Below are positions 1-9,902 of a stretch of 64,000 nucleotides of DNA, piece by piece. Below the pieces are notes generated by a model, which ran no database searches, was not told the DNA's origin, and was given only the letters and a program-made list of their open reading frames with translations. Origin of the DNA: an uncultured Acidobacteriota bacterium (GTDB lineage: Bacteria > Acidobacteriota > Blastocatellia > RBC074); assembly GCA_963796275.1 (NCBI GenBank), contig CAWCKY010000004.1, positions 1,376,001 through 1,440,000 of the forward strand, in the 5' to 3' direction. Both the position numbers and the translations under genes were made by a program. Within the stretch, counting starts at the first letter, position 1. Each line of letters starts with the position of its first letter.

Positions 1-1285
1 GCTCGGCGGCGATGAGGTTGAGGAATCTGACCATGGCCGCTTCCGAATCGAGCATCCCCTCATCCATGTTGACGTCGATCAGCTGGGCGCCGTTCTCGAC
101 CTGCTGGCGCGCAACGGCCAATGCCTCTTCAAACTGGTCGTTGAGAATCAGTTTGGCAAATTTGGGCGATCCCGTGACGTTCGTGCGCTCGCCGATATTG
201 ACGAAGTTGGTATCGGGCCGCAGCGTCAATGGCTCGTAGCCGCTCAGCCGCAGGTATGGCTCGACTTTAGCCGGCACGTGCGGGGGACAGTCTTTTACCG
301 CCTCAGCAATCGCGCGGATATGATCGGGCGTGGTGCCGCAGCAGCCGCCGACGAAGTTGAGCCAGCCATTCTGAGCCCACTCCCGCAACTGCGGGGCCAT
401 GGTTTCTGGCGTCTCCGGAAAACCGGTAGGCGAGAGCGGATCGGGCAGACCGGCATTGGGATATGCGCTTATGTATATGGGCGCGACCGAGGCCAGCTCT
501 TCGATGAACGGGCGCATCTCTTTGGGACCGAGCGCGCAGTTGATCCCGATGCTGAAAAGCTGCATGTGCGAGACGGAATTCCAGTAAGCCTCTACCGTCT
601 GGCCGCTGAGCGTGCGCCCGCTCGCATCGGTGATCGTAAAGGAGCACATAACCGGGACTTTTCTTCCCGTCTCACCGAAATATTGTTGAATTGCGAAGAG
701 CGCGGCTTTCGAATTGAGCGAATCGAAGACCGTTTCCACCAGCAAAATATCGACGCCCCCGTCCATCAGCCCGCGCACCTCCTCGTAGTAGGCTCGCGCC
801 ACCTCTTCGAATGTCACGGCGCGAAAGGCCGGGTTGTTGACATCTGGCGAGAGCGAGGTTGTGCGATTGGTAGGCCCGATCGATCCGGCGGCGAAACAGA
901 TGCGCTCGGGATGTTCCGCTATGAATGCATCGACTGCCTGCCGGGCGATACTCGCCGCCGCAAGGTTTATCTCATAAGCCAGATGCTCCAACTTATAATC
1001 GGCGAGCGATATCGACTGCGCTGTGAAGGTATTAGTCTCGATGATATCAGCGCCGGCTTCGAGGTATTGGCGATGTATTTCAGCAACTATTCGAGGCTGC
1101 GTAAGGCAAAGCAGGTCGTAGTTGCCTTTGAGATCATGCGGCCAGTCTTTGAACCGGTCGCCGCGGTAAGCGGCTTCGTCCAGATTGTAGCGCTGAGCCA
1201 TCGTGCCCATCGCGCCGTCTATGATGACGATGCGCTGGCGGAGAAGTTGTTCGAGCCTTTTTTCGGTATTCGGATAATTGCTCAC
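1..1285 (-). CDS. metH: Cobalamin-dependent methionine synthase, N-terminal part (runs off window)
   Basis: Manual translation of the minus strand from GTG at 1285: VSNYPNTEKRLEQLLRQRIVIIDGAMGTM..., GGCCGTTP Hcy/Zn motif, then NIGERTNVTGS...QVENGAQLIDVNMDEG pterin-binding domain. Not in the ORF track because it is open to the window edge. Confidence 0.95.
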   Translation of the reverse strand, partial: MSNYPNTEKRLEQLLRQRIVIIDGAMGTMAQRYNLDEAAYRGDRFKDWPHDLKGNYDLLCLTQPRIVAEIHRQYLEAGADIIETNTFTAQSISLADYKLEHLAYEINLAAASIARQAVDAFIAEHPERICFAAGSIGPTNRTTSLSPDVNNPAFRAVTFEEVARAYYEEVRGLMDGGVDILLVETVFDSLNSKAALFAIQQYFGETGRKVPVMCSFTITDASGRTLSGQTVEAYWNSVSHMQLFSIGINCALGPKEMRPFIEELASVAPIYISAYPNAGLPDPLSPTGFPETPETMAPQLREWAQNGWLNFVGGCCGTTPDHIRAIAEAVKDCPPHVPAKVEPYLRLSGYEPLTLRPDTNFVNIGERTNVTGSPKFAKLILNDQFEEALAVARQQVENGAQLIDVNMDEGMLDSEAAMVRFLNLIAAE

Positions 1286-1439
1286 TTCAAATGATCTAAT
1301 CACTAACGTACTTCACTGATGATGGGTAAACCGTCGGCGAATATCCACCACAAAAATCACAAATTGAAAATCAAGCGGCACCTGTTCATGCATTCTCAAT
1401 TGTGATTTTTGTGGCCCAATTCTCACCGCATTCCGGATC

Positions 1440-2360
1440 CTATTTCAAACTGGCATAATCAAATACCTCGATGGTGTAATCCTCCGTCATCGGCTCGCAA
1501 ATATCCTGTATCTGTTGGCAGTTGATACGGCCGATATTCCAGAACCAGAAGCCTTCCGCCACGCGCGTCGACCCGAATACCATCGGTGCATTTTTAAAAA
1601 TGTAGTCGCCGCCTCGATTGTCGATCTTCATATCCTTGGGCCAGACGGCGATCCGGGCGAATACTTTATCGTTTGCATCGATCCAGATTTTGCCCTCGAG
1701 TTCCGGAGTGACCCTCGTATATTGATTATAGAAAAAGTTGGTACAACCGCTGAAATTGATCGAGATCATCTCCCTTCCCGCTACCGTTTCGCGCTGCCGA
1801 TCATGCAGATCGCAATACCTGAGAACCTTTTGAGCATCAAAACCCACGGCGCGAGCGCCCCACATACCCCGCTTCCAGGCGGCGAAATGTCCCCATTCGA
1901 TGGGACCCTGGTTGAATGCGTAGAAGCTGCTCGATCTGTTCTTCTTCTCCATTTTCTTCCGTGCCTTCGATCGCTTCTTCGCGACCTTTTCCGGTGAAAC
2001 GAGTTTGCCGTTCTTTTCGACTAATACCTTTTCCCCCTTCATCTGTTTGCCCCAATATCTCGGTAGGAATACTTCATAGGTCTCCGATTTCACCTCCGTG
2101 GTCCCATTTCCTTTGGTCTTGCGAATGACCTTGCGCCATTTGTAACTGTAATCGGTGACCCCCCGCAACGAGAGTATCGACTGCTCTTCCGTGTTGAATT
2201 TCACCTCGCGTATCAGATCGGAAATAGTTGGTACGGGCCCGTCCGTTGAAACAGCTGCATCCTGGCCGAAGACTGCTGGTTGCATTAAAAATATGATCGA
2301 CAAACCGATAAGCCGGAGACAGCTAAATTTCACCATTTGCAATGACCTTGCAACAAACAT
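1440..2360 (-). CDS. Hypothetical exported protein
   Basis: 306 aa ORF with signal-peptide-like N-terminus (LIGLSIIFLMQPAVFG); lies between yitJ and metH; no catalytic motif recognised. Confidence 0.7.
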   Translation of the reverse strand: MFVARSLQMVKFSCLRLIGLSIIFLMQPAVFGQDAAVSTDGPVPTISDLIREVKFNTEEQSILSLRGVTDYSYKWRKVIRKTKGNGTTEVKSETYEVFLPRYWGKQMKGEKVLVEKNGKLVSPEKVAKKRSKARKKMEKKNRSSSFYAFNQGPIEWGHFAAWKRGMWGARAVGFDAQKVLRYCDLHDRQRETVAGREMISINFSGCTNFFYNQYTRVTPELEGKIWIDANDKVFARIAVWPKDMKIDNRGGDYIFKNAPMVFGSTRVAEGFWFWNIGRINCQQIQDICEPMTEDYTIEVFDYASLK

Positions 2361-2589
2361 ATCAACCCTCCGTGTGAAGAACGTTTATGCGGTTCTGCCG
2401 CTTGAAACACGAAAGATGTGGGGGTCTTCCGCGGTGAAGTCAGGAGATTTTGGAGAAACTCATTCTACCGCATTTTTTTTGATTGTTCAGCAGCCCAAGG
2501 CAAATCCGCTGAAATCGAAAACTGCTAACACAATCCTGATCCAAAACCTCTATTATCTAGATGTGACTTAGAAATTAAATATGTGTCTG

Positions 2590-4443
2590 TCACCTCAGCG
2601 CTTCAAAGACTTCCAGCGCGTGTGGGATCTTTCCAAACGGCGCAGACACTTGTACGCCCTGCACATACGGGCGCGCCTCCATCAACATCTCCTGCGCGAT
2701 CCTGACTCCCTCTTTTAATGCCGCCGCGCCATCAGCCGCTGAACGCATCCGCTCGAGGACGGTTTCAGGTACCGAAACCCCCGGCACTTCATTGTTCAAA
2801 AATTCCGCGTTGCGAAAACTGGTCAATGGCCAAATGCCGGGGATGATCGGAATGCGGCAGTGCTCGATCCGCTTGAGGAACAATATCAATTGTTCGACAT
2901 CGAAAACCGGCTGCGTGATCGCAAATTCCGCCCCCGCCTCTACCTTCCACTCAAAGCGACGAATCTCGTGATCGAGATCGATAGCGCCGGGATTCACGCC
3001 TACGCCGATGACGAAGGACGTCGGTTTGCCGATCGGATTTCCACCCGGATCTATCCCGTGGTTCAATCGATTGACGAGGTTCGTCAGCCCTATCGCATCG
3101 ATATCGAAGACGGCCGTCGCATCCGGATAAGGCCCCATCTTCGGCGGATCACCCGTGACCAGAAGAAAGTTGCGCAGCCCCAGCGCGGCCGCGCCGAGCA
3201 GGTCGGAAAACATACCAAGCAAATTGCGGTCGCGGCAGGCGTAGTGAGTGACTGCCTCGATGCCCACCTGCTGTTCGATGATGAGCGAGACAGCCAATGC
3301 GCCCATGCGCGACTGCGCGCGCGGGCCATCGGGTACATTGACGGCGTCGACGCCCGCATCTTTCAGGGTACGCACCCCCTCGATCATCTTCGATGGATCG
3401 CAGCCTTTGGGAGGAACTATTTCCACGCTGGTAACGAACCGGCCGTCCGCGAGGCCCTGGGCAAACCGAGAACGCTCGCCGAATGGCGTCGGATCGACCT
3501 TAACGCTCTGTTCCTCTAAGGTGATCGCTCTCACGGTTTGGCGGGTTGGACTCAAAGCGCGGACGGCGTCAACCATCAATTTGATATGCTCCGATGTCGT
3601 CCCGCAGCAGCCGCCTATGAACTTGACGCCCGCGTTGATCAATCGCTTCGCGTACTTGGCCATATACTCGGGCGATGCCAGATACATCTGACGACCCTGC
3701 ACATCGCGCGGCAAACCGGCGTTGGGCTGCGCGGCGAGGCGACGGGTCGTGAGCGGGCGCATCTTCTCGATCGCCTCCAGGATGATTTGTGGCCCGACCG
3801 AACAGTTCAACCCTATAATGTCGCCTTCCTCTTTATTGAGCCATTGATCCAGACGCTGCGTGAAAATCTCAGGCGATGTGCCGTATGCCGTCTCGCCGTG
3901 ATCGTTGATCGTCATCTGCGCGAATATGACGTGATCGCACAGTTCGCGGACGGCGCGGATCGCCTGGTGCATCTCAGCCAGATCCTGAAAGGTCTCGAGC
4001 ACGAAGCAATCGACGCCTCCCTCCAGCAGCGCCTGCGCCTGTTCCTTAAAGAGGTCCTTTGCCTCATCCACCGATGTCGGTCCGTAAGGCTCTATGCGAA
4101 CCCCGAGAGGCGAGATGGCGCCGGCTACGAAGACATCGTGTTTGGCCGACTCAGCGGCGCTGCGCGCCAGTCTTGCGGCGGCGGCATTGATATCGGGCAG
4201 CTTTTCCTCTAGTCCCTGCTGTGCAAGTTTAAGCCGCGATGCGCCGTATGTGTTGGTTTCGATAATCTCGGCGCCGGCCCTGATATATTCGCGGTGAATA
4301 TCGACGATGAGATCAGGCGAAGAGAGATTCAGTTCATCGTAGCTTCGATTGATGTAAACGCCCTTGGTGTAAATCATCGTACCCATCGCGCCATCAAAGA
4401 CGCGAACGCGGTCATCCTGAATGAAATCCCGAAATTGATCCAT
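2590..4443 (-). CDS. yitJ: Bifunctional homocysteine S-methyltransferase / methylenetetrahydrofolate reductase (YitJ-like)
   Basis: DGAMGT, NCSVGP, GGCCGTT in the N-terminal half; MTHFR domain (EIVPPKG, VTGDPP, AITQPVFD) in the C-terminal half. Confidence 0.93.
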   Translation of the reverse strand: MDQFRDFIQDDRVRVFDGAMGTMIYTKGVYINRSYDELNLSSPDLIVDIHREYIRAGAEIIETNTYGASRLKLAQQGLEEKLPDINAAAARLARSAAESAKHDVFVAGAISPLGVRIEPYGPTSVDEAKDLFKEQAQALLEGGVDCFVLETFQDLAEMHQAIRAVRELCDHVIFAQMTINDHGETAYGTSPEIFTQRLDQWLNKEEGDIIGLNCSVGPQIILEAIEKMRPLTTRRLAAQPNAGLPRDVQGRQMYLASPEYMAKYAKRLINAGVKFIGGCCGTTSEHIKLMVDAVRALSPTRQTVRAITLEEQSVKVDPTPFGERSRFAQGLADGRFVTSVEIVPPKGCDPSKMIEGVRTLKDAGVDAVNVPDGPRAQSRMGALAVSLIIEQQVGIEAVTHYACRDRNLLGMFSDLLGAAALGLRNFLLVTGDPPKMGPYPDATAVFDIDAIGLTNLVNRLNHGIDPGGNPIGKPTSFVIGVGVNPGAIDLDHEIRRFEWKVEAGAEFAITQPVFDVEQLILFLKRIEHCRIPIIPGIWPLTSFRNAEFLNNEVPGVSVPETVLERMRSAADGAAALKEGVRIAQEMLMEARPYVQGVQVSAPFGKIPHALEVFEALR

Positions 4444-4550
4444 ACAAAAAAAGAAAGCAGATAGTTGACAGTTGAATGAAGAATGAAGAATGAACCCGAC
4501 TATCGCCTATCAATCGTGCGCTATCAACTAAACAAAAGCCTCGCTTAAAT

Positions 4551-4579
4551 AAAAAGCCTCGCGCAAAGTCACGCGAGGC
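4551..4579 (-). terminator. Intrinsic terminator in the yitJ-metH leader
   Basis: Minus strand GCCTCGCG-TGACTTTG-CGCGAGGC followed by TTTTT, downstream of the aptamer and upstream of the yitJ start. Confidence 0.8.
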
Positions 4580-4626
4580 GTTCTTTCCATTCTTTTCATT
4601 CCTTCGATGCGGTGCACCACGAGCAG

Positions 4627-4675
4627 CCTTTTAGCAGTTTTTTTCGTGGAGCAAGTCGCCATAAATCGCCACGCG
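4627..4675 (-). ncRNA. SAM-II-like riboswitch aptamer
   Basis: Minus strand CGUGG-CGAUUU-AUGGCGAC-UUGC-U-CCACG-AAAAAAAC-UGCUAAAAGG matches the SAM-II layout (P1 CGUGG/CCACG, GAUUU loop, UUGC, GCUAAA); located 5' of methionine synthesis genes. Confidence 0.75.
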
Positions 4676-4827
4676 CTAATTCTAAAAATGGAATGTATCG
4701 CGCCAGCCTTGTGGTGTCAAGGCGGGCGGCCCGTTCATTTAATATCCGTGCGATTCGGCGCAAAACGTGAGCATCGTCGGCTAATCCACTATTGATATAC
4801 CGCACGCACAGGGCGTATTCTCATCCT

Positions 4828-6399
4828 ATGACAGATCGAACTCCCTGCAGTATACTCGATTACCTCACAGCAAATGCCTCACAGTACGGCGAGAGGCCTG
4901 CCATCATTTGCGACAGCCATTCGATCAGCTACCGCGAACTAATCGATCAAAGCGCTCAGTGCCGCGGCGCGTTGCAGGAGCTGGGGATCGAACGGGGCGA
5001 CCGCGTCGCGCTGATCATGTGCGATGGGCCGGAGTGGGCTCTGGCGCTGATAGGCATTATCAGTATGGGCGCGATAGCGGTGCCGTGCAGCACTATGGCA
5101 AAAGCGCCGGAGCTGACTTATATCCTCAATGATTGCGGCGTGAAGGCCGCCATCATCACGCCTGATCAGTTCGAAACGATCATGGCCGCATGGCAAAACG
5201 CCCCCGCTCTGCAAACGGTCTTGCTGGCCGGAGCTGAAGAGTCTCCGGCGGAAGAGAGTCTGTTGCGTTTCGAGCGATTGCTGGCGGAAGCCACACCGGT
5301 GCCGATGGCGGAATTTAACGCCGAGACGCTCGCCATCATCCTGTATACGTCGGGCAGCACCGGCCAACCGAAAGGTGCGGTCCACCGGCACGGCGACTTT
5401 CCGGTTATCATCGAGAGATGCGGGCGCAAGGTTTACGAGATATCACAGGTAGACCGACTCTTCTCCACTTCACGCTTGTTCTTCGCTTACGGGCTGGGCA
5501 ACAGTTTCTCCGTGCCTCTTGGTCTGGGCGCCACGAGTATTCTCTGCCGCGAGCGTCCGACGCCGCCCGTGATCGCACGCATACTCGCAAACGAAAAACC
5601 CACTGTTTTCTTCGCAGTCCCGGCCGTCTTTCGCGGGCTGCTCGAATACATGCATCAGGGAAATGAACTGAAGACCGATTCCATCAGATTCTGCGTCTCG
5701 GCGGGAGAGTGTCTGCCGGCACAGATATTTCACGAGTGGAAGGAGGCTACCGGACTCGACATCGTCGATGGAATCGGATCGACAGAGCTGTTCTATATGT
5801 TCATCTCAAATCGGTGCGACGATATACGGCCGGGAAGCTCCGGCCTGCCGATAGATGGATACGAGATACGACTGGTCGATGAACGGGGCGGCATAATCGA
5901 TGGCGCAGGGCGCGGCGATCTCTACGTCAAAGGCGCGTCCGCTCTGACTTCTTACTGGAACAACCCGGATAAGACAGCCGAGACGATCAGCCAGGGATGG
6001 GTGAAGACCGGCGATGTATACCGCCGCGATGAAGAGGGCTTCTACTGGTTCGAAGGGCGAAGCGACGATCTCTTTAAGTCGTCGGGACTCTGGGTCTCTC
6101 CGGGCGATGTGGAAGCCGCGCTCTGTTCTCATCCGTCTGTCCTCGAAGCCGCAGTCATCGCCGAAAAAAGTGCGGACGGAACAAACCTCGTCGCCGCTTA
6201 CGTCGTATTGCGGCCCGGTATCGGACCAGATGGCGAGATAGTGGAGACACTTCAGTCGCACGCTTCGGATATCCTTCCACGTTACAAGCAGCCCAGGCGC
6301 ATTTATTTTCTCGATCAGTTGCCGCGTACCGCGACCGGCAAGATGCAGCGCTTCAAATTGCGTGGCCGCAACCATACCAACTGCGCCTCGGTTGACTGA
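4828..6399 (+). CDS. Benzoate-CoA ligase family acyl-CoA synthetase
   Basis: AMP-binding LYTSGSTGQPKG, FFAYGLGNS, DGIGSTE, TGD, LPRTATGKMQR; ATG at 4828 preferred over TTG at 4792. Confidence 0.88.
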   Translation: MTDRTPCSILDYLTANASQYGERPAIICDSHSISYRELIDQSAQCRGALQELGIERGDRVALIMCDGPEWALALIGIISMGAIAVPCSTMAKAPELTYILNDCGVKAAIITPDQFETIMAAWQNAPALQTVLLAGAEESPAEESLLRFERLLAEATPVPMAEFNAETLAIILYTSGSTGQPKGAVHRHGDFPVIIERCGRKVYEISQVDRLFSTSRLFFAYGLGNSFSVPLGLGATSILCRERPTPPVIARILANEKPTVFFAVPAVFRGLLEYMHQGNELKTDSIRFCVSAGECLPAQIFHEWKEATGLDIVDGIGSTELFYMFISNRCDDIRPGSSGLPIDGYEIRLVDERGGIIDGAGRGDLYVKGASALTSYWNNPDKTAETISQGWVKTGDVYRRDEEGFYWFEGRSDDLFKSSGLWVSPGDVEAALCSHPSVLEAAVIAEKSADGTNLVAAYVVLRPGIGPDGEIVETLQSHASDILPRYKQPRRIYFLDQLPRTATGKMQRFKLRGRNHTNCASVD

Positions 6400-6785
6400 C
6401 GATAAATAATCGGTGCCGGAACATTTGGAAGCGCGATTCTTCGGACTGGCGCGGAACCGATCGCATCACTCAACTGGTCAAGAGGTTACACCTCGGCCAC
6501 ATATCGAGTGCCAAGACTATTCCAGCGAACCCGCTCTTGCATACACCTCTCGCAATACAATCTCGCCGTATATCTCTACCTGATGAATTTGTCTTCAGAA
6601 ATCCCGATCAGTGAAATTACTCTGATCTACAGGAAGATCAATGTGGAACTATGTTTGCAGGTCAAATTCGCAGATAGTGACTAAACGTAAATTTGATTCT
6701 AAAACGAAGCGAAATAGATACATTTTGACAGGCGCCGATACACACTTATGTAGAGCTAAGTATCATTTTCGCTCACAATCAAAGA

Positions 6786-7907
6786 ATGAAGAAGTACAAA
6801 CGGATTACTTTCGCCGGTCGGATGTTGGGCAAGCAATTGTTTCTGGTAATAGCTCTGCTCTTCTTCGCAGAATTCTTGCATTGGGCGATTACCGACCCGA
6901 AGCCAGCCTCGGTCGCATCATCACCAAGAGCGCCCAAGATTCTTTGGGAAAATTCAGAACAGCCGGGGCAAACGGGGCAAACGGGGCAATCCAGCCAAAA
7001 GGGGCATGGCGACCTCGTCAACTCCCTGACTTTTTCCACTGATGGGCGAATGCTGGCATCTGTCGACGCCGGCTCAGACATAAAGGTGTGGCGGGTCGAA
7101 GACGGAGGACTGGTGTATACGCTCGGGCAAGATAAGAGCGGTCCGCATTGCCTCGCTTTTTCGCCTGATGGGAAACTGTTGGTGGCCGCTTCAGGGGGGG
7201 CCACCAGGAATCTATCATTCTACCGCGCGGCGGACGGATCATCGCTACGCACAATCACTGCGCACAAGAATGGGACAAATACCATCGCCTTCACTCCCGA
7301 TGGGACGCTGCTCGCCTCGGGCGGGCGCGATCACAAACTAAGGCTCTGGCGGGTGTCCGACGGCGCACTGGTTAAGGAACTCAATCAGGGAGCTCGCATT
7401 ATTTCACTCGCCTTCTCTCCCGATGGGGGAGTGATCGCGGCAGGAGACCGCAACGGCAGGATCAAGTTATGGCGCGCGGCTGATGAGACGCAGCTCGGCG
7501 TCATCGATGCCCACACGGAATATGTCTTCTCACTCGCATTTTCACCGACCGGTTCGATGCTGGCTTCGGGCGGGGGTGATGAGAGCTTAAAGCTGTGGGC
7601 CATACCTGGCGGGAAATCGATACGCGCCGTAACTATTCCCAACAGCGGAACGGCAACCTCAGTCGCATTCTCATCCGATGGGCAGTCGGTGAACGCGATA
7701 ACTTCCGAATTGGTGACTTCGCCCGCTAATACGATGCAATCGCTGGGCGCCATTCGCTCGTGGCGCATCGCCGACGGCGCCTTATTTTCCATATTCGACC
7801 AGCAGACAGACTCTAGCGTTAACGCCATCGCGCTTTCGCCCAACGGCAGCCTGTTGGGATACGGACGGCAGGACGGCGGCGTAGTCTTGGCCCGCATCCC
7901 GTTTTGA
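6786..7907 (+). CDS. Membrane-anchored WD40-repeat beta-propeller protein
   Basis: About 7 repeats of H..V.SLAFSPDG.LLAS...D..I.LW; N-terminal hydrophobic helix. Confidence 0.9.
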   Translation: MKKYKRITFAGRMLGKQLFLVIALLFFAEFLHWAITDPKPASVASSPRAPKILWENSEQPGQTGQTGQSSQKGHGDLVNSLTFSTDGRMLASVDAGSDIKVWRVEDGGLVYTLGQDKSGPHCLAFSPDGKLLVAASGGATRNLSFYRAADGSSLRTITAHKNGTNTIAFTPDGTLLASGGRDHKLRLWRVSDGALVKELNQGARIISLAFSPDGGVIAAGDRNGRIKLWRAADETQLGVIDAHTEYVFSLAFSPTGSMLASGGGDESLKLWAIPGGKSIRAVTIPNSGTATSVAFSSDGQSVNAITSELVTSPANTMQSLGAIRSWRIADGALFSIFDQQTDSSVNAIALSPNGSLLGYGRQDGGVVLARIPF

Positions 7908-8108
7908 CTAAATCTCAGCAGACCGCATTTACAAGGGACACGCTATCGCGATAAAAAGCTATGATGCTTTTTTATGGAATCGTTCGCGTCTTCGTGTATG
8001 AGGCTCTTATAACCATGAAAATAACCACCATGAAGAATCGGTGAGAACGACGATTTTTCCTCTCTTCGCCTTCTTCGGTTTTTCGTGTTTGCAGAGGAGG
8101 GCGTTCTT

Positions 8109-8711
8109 ATGCTGTTTTGGTTATCTCCCCCTGACATTTTTTCGATGGAGATGTTTCACCTGGGATCGCCAGTGATCGAGAAGGTGCTGCGTCCGATGAT
8201 CATTTACATCTTTCTCGTCGCGGTGTTGCGCATCTTCGGTAAGCGAGAGCTGGCGCAGCTCAATCCGTTCGATCTGGTCGTGCTGCTCTCGCTTTCCAAC
8301 ACGGTCCAAAACGCCATCATAGGAAACGACGACTCGGTGACCGGTGGCCTGATCGGCGCATTTACGCTGCTCGCGACTAATTACCTGGTCGTTCGCTTCC
8401 TCTTTCGCCATCGACGGCTCGATCAGATAATCGAAGGCAAACCTGCTGTTTTGATCGCGCACGGGAAACTGAAAACCCGCGCGCTGGCGAAAGAGTTGTT
8501 GTCGGAATCGGAGTTGCTCACCGTCGCGCGCCGCCAGGGATTCAAAAGCCTTAAAGAGATTGACCGATGCATTCTCGACCCGAGCGGAAATTTTATAATC
8601 GAAGGGAAATCACCGGCGGTCGCGGATCAACAGTATGCCGAGCTTATCAAGCAGTTGAATCAGATCAACCAACAGCTGGGCGAACTCAGGCAGCAGATCC
8701 AGACACGTTGA
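8109..8711 (+). CDS. DUF421 / YetF-like membrane protein
   Basis: GKRELAQLNPFDLVVLL, IEGKPAVLI.HG; RBS GAGGAGG before ATG 8109. Confidence 0.85.
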   Translation: MLFWLSPPDIFSMEMFHLGSPVIEKVLRPMIIYIFLVAVLRIFGKRELAQLNPFDLVVLLSLSNTVQNAIIGNDDSVTGGLIGAFTLLATNYLVVRFLFRHRRLDQIIEGKPAVLIAHGKLKTRALAKELLSESELLTVARRQGFKSLKEIDRCILDPSGNFIIEGKSPAVADQQYAELIKQLNQINQQLGELRQQIQTR

Positions 8712-8827
8712 TTTGTAAGAATGTGAGCGCGCGCGGCCTCGCGTGCTTCCGCTCGTATGACGATCTTTCACCGGAAACCACGGCGCGCGAGGCCGCGCGG
8801 GGGCTGGGGTTTCAGAGGAGACGAAAA

Positions 8828-9808
8828 ATGGATTATGTGAATTTGGGGAATACCGGACTGCAGGTATCGCGCCTGTGCCTCGGCTGCATGACTTACGGTG
8901 TGCCCGATCGCGGCGCGCATCCCTGGACGCTGGATGAAGAGCAAAGCCGCCCTTTCATCCGCCGCGCGCTCGAGCTCGGCATAAATTTCTTTGATACATC
9001 CAATAGCTACTCGGATGGGACGAGCGAGGAAATATTGGGCCGCGCGATTCGCGACTTCGGTTCCCGGGATGAAGTAGTCATCGCCACCAAGGTTTTTTTT
9101 CAGATGCGAAAAGGCCCGAACGGCCGCGGTCTATCGCGTAAGTCGATCATGACCGAGATCGATGCCAGCCTGCGGCGCCTCGGCATGGACTACATCGACC
9201 TCTACCAAATTCACCGCTGGGATTACAACACGCCGATCGAGGAGACGCTCGAAGCGTTGCATGATCTCATCAAACAGGGCAAGGTCCGTTACATCGGCGC
9301 GTCGTCTATGTTCGCCTGGCAATTCTGCAAGTCGCTCTATTTGGCAAGTCAACTCGGATGGACGCGATTCGCGACGATGCAGAATCACTACAATCTGCTC
9401 TATCGCGAAGAGGAACGAGAGATGATGCCGCTGTGCTCAGCTGAAGGTATAGGCGTGCTGCCATGGAGTCCGCTGGCGCGGGGCCGCCTGACGCGCGAAT
9501 GGGGAGAGAATACCCGTCGGATGGAGACCGACGACGTCGGAAAGAAACTCTACGGCGGAACAGAAGACGCAGACCGCCGGATCGTCGAGCGCGTGGGCGA
9601 GATCGCGGTGAAGCGCGGAGCGACGCGCGCACAGGTGGCCCTGGCCTGGATGCTGCAGAATGAATTCGTTACCGCGCCCATCATCGGCGCATCTCAACCA
9701 CATCATCTGGAAGATGCCGTCGCTGCGTTATCGCTCAATCTTTCGGTCGAAGAGATATCCACGCTCGAGGAACCCTATGTACCTCATAGCATCGCCGGCT
9801 TCTCCTGA
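8828..9808 (+). CDS. Aldo/keto reductase (YajO-like)
   Basis: LGNTGLQVSRLCLGCM, GINFFDT, IDLYQIHRWD, PWSPLARG; RBS GAGGAG before ATG 8828. Confidence 0.93.
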   Translation: MDYVNLGNTGLQVSRLCLGCMTYGVPDRGAHPWTLDEEQSRPFIRRALELGINFFDTSNSYSDGTSEEILGRAIRDFGSRDEVVIATKVFFQMRKGPNGRGLSRKSIMTEIDASLRRLGMDYIDLYQIHRWDYNTPIEETLEALHDLIKQGKVRYIGASSMFAWQFCKSLYLASQLGWTRFATMQNHYNLLYREEEREMMPLCSAEGIGVLPWSPLARGRLTREWGENTRRMETDDVGKKLYGGTEDADRRIVERVGEIAVKRGATRAQVALAWMLQNEFVTAPIIGASQPHHLEDAVAALSLNLSVEEISTLEEPYVPHSIAGFS

Positions 9809-9902
9809 TTAGCCCGAACCGCAAAAATTCGCCAAAAAAAGACGCAAAATTCGTGTCCCGATTTTCGCGTCTTTTTTATGGGTTAACCGGTTAATTCTTT
9901 GA

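Noticed and set aside
278-1294. 338 aa plus-strand ORF
   Set aside because: Antisense shadow of metH; the same applies to the many long antisense ORFs over yitJ, the TonB receptors, lpxA and the carboxylase.
6955-6992. 9-nt tandem repeat GGGCAAACG
   Set aside because: In-frame linker (GQT GQT GQS) of the WD40 protein; no frameshift potential.
8567-8827. N-terminal extension of the aldo/keto reductase
   Set aside because: Overlaps the DUF421 gene; RBS and homology begin at 8828.
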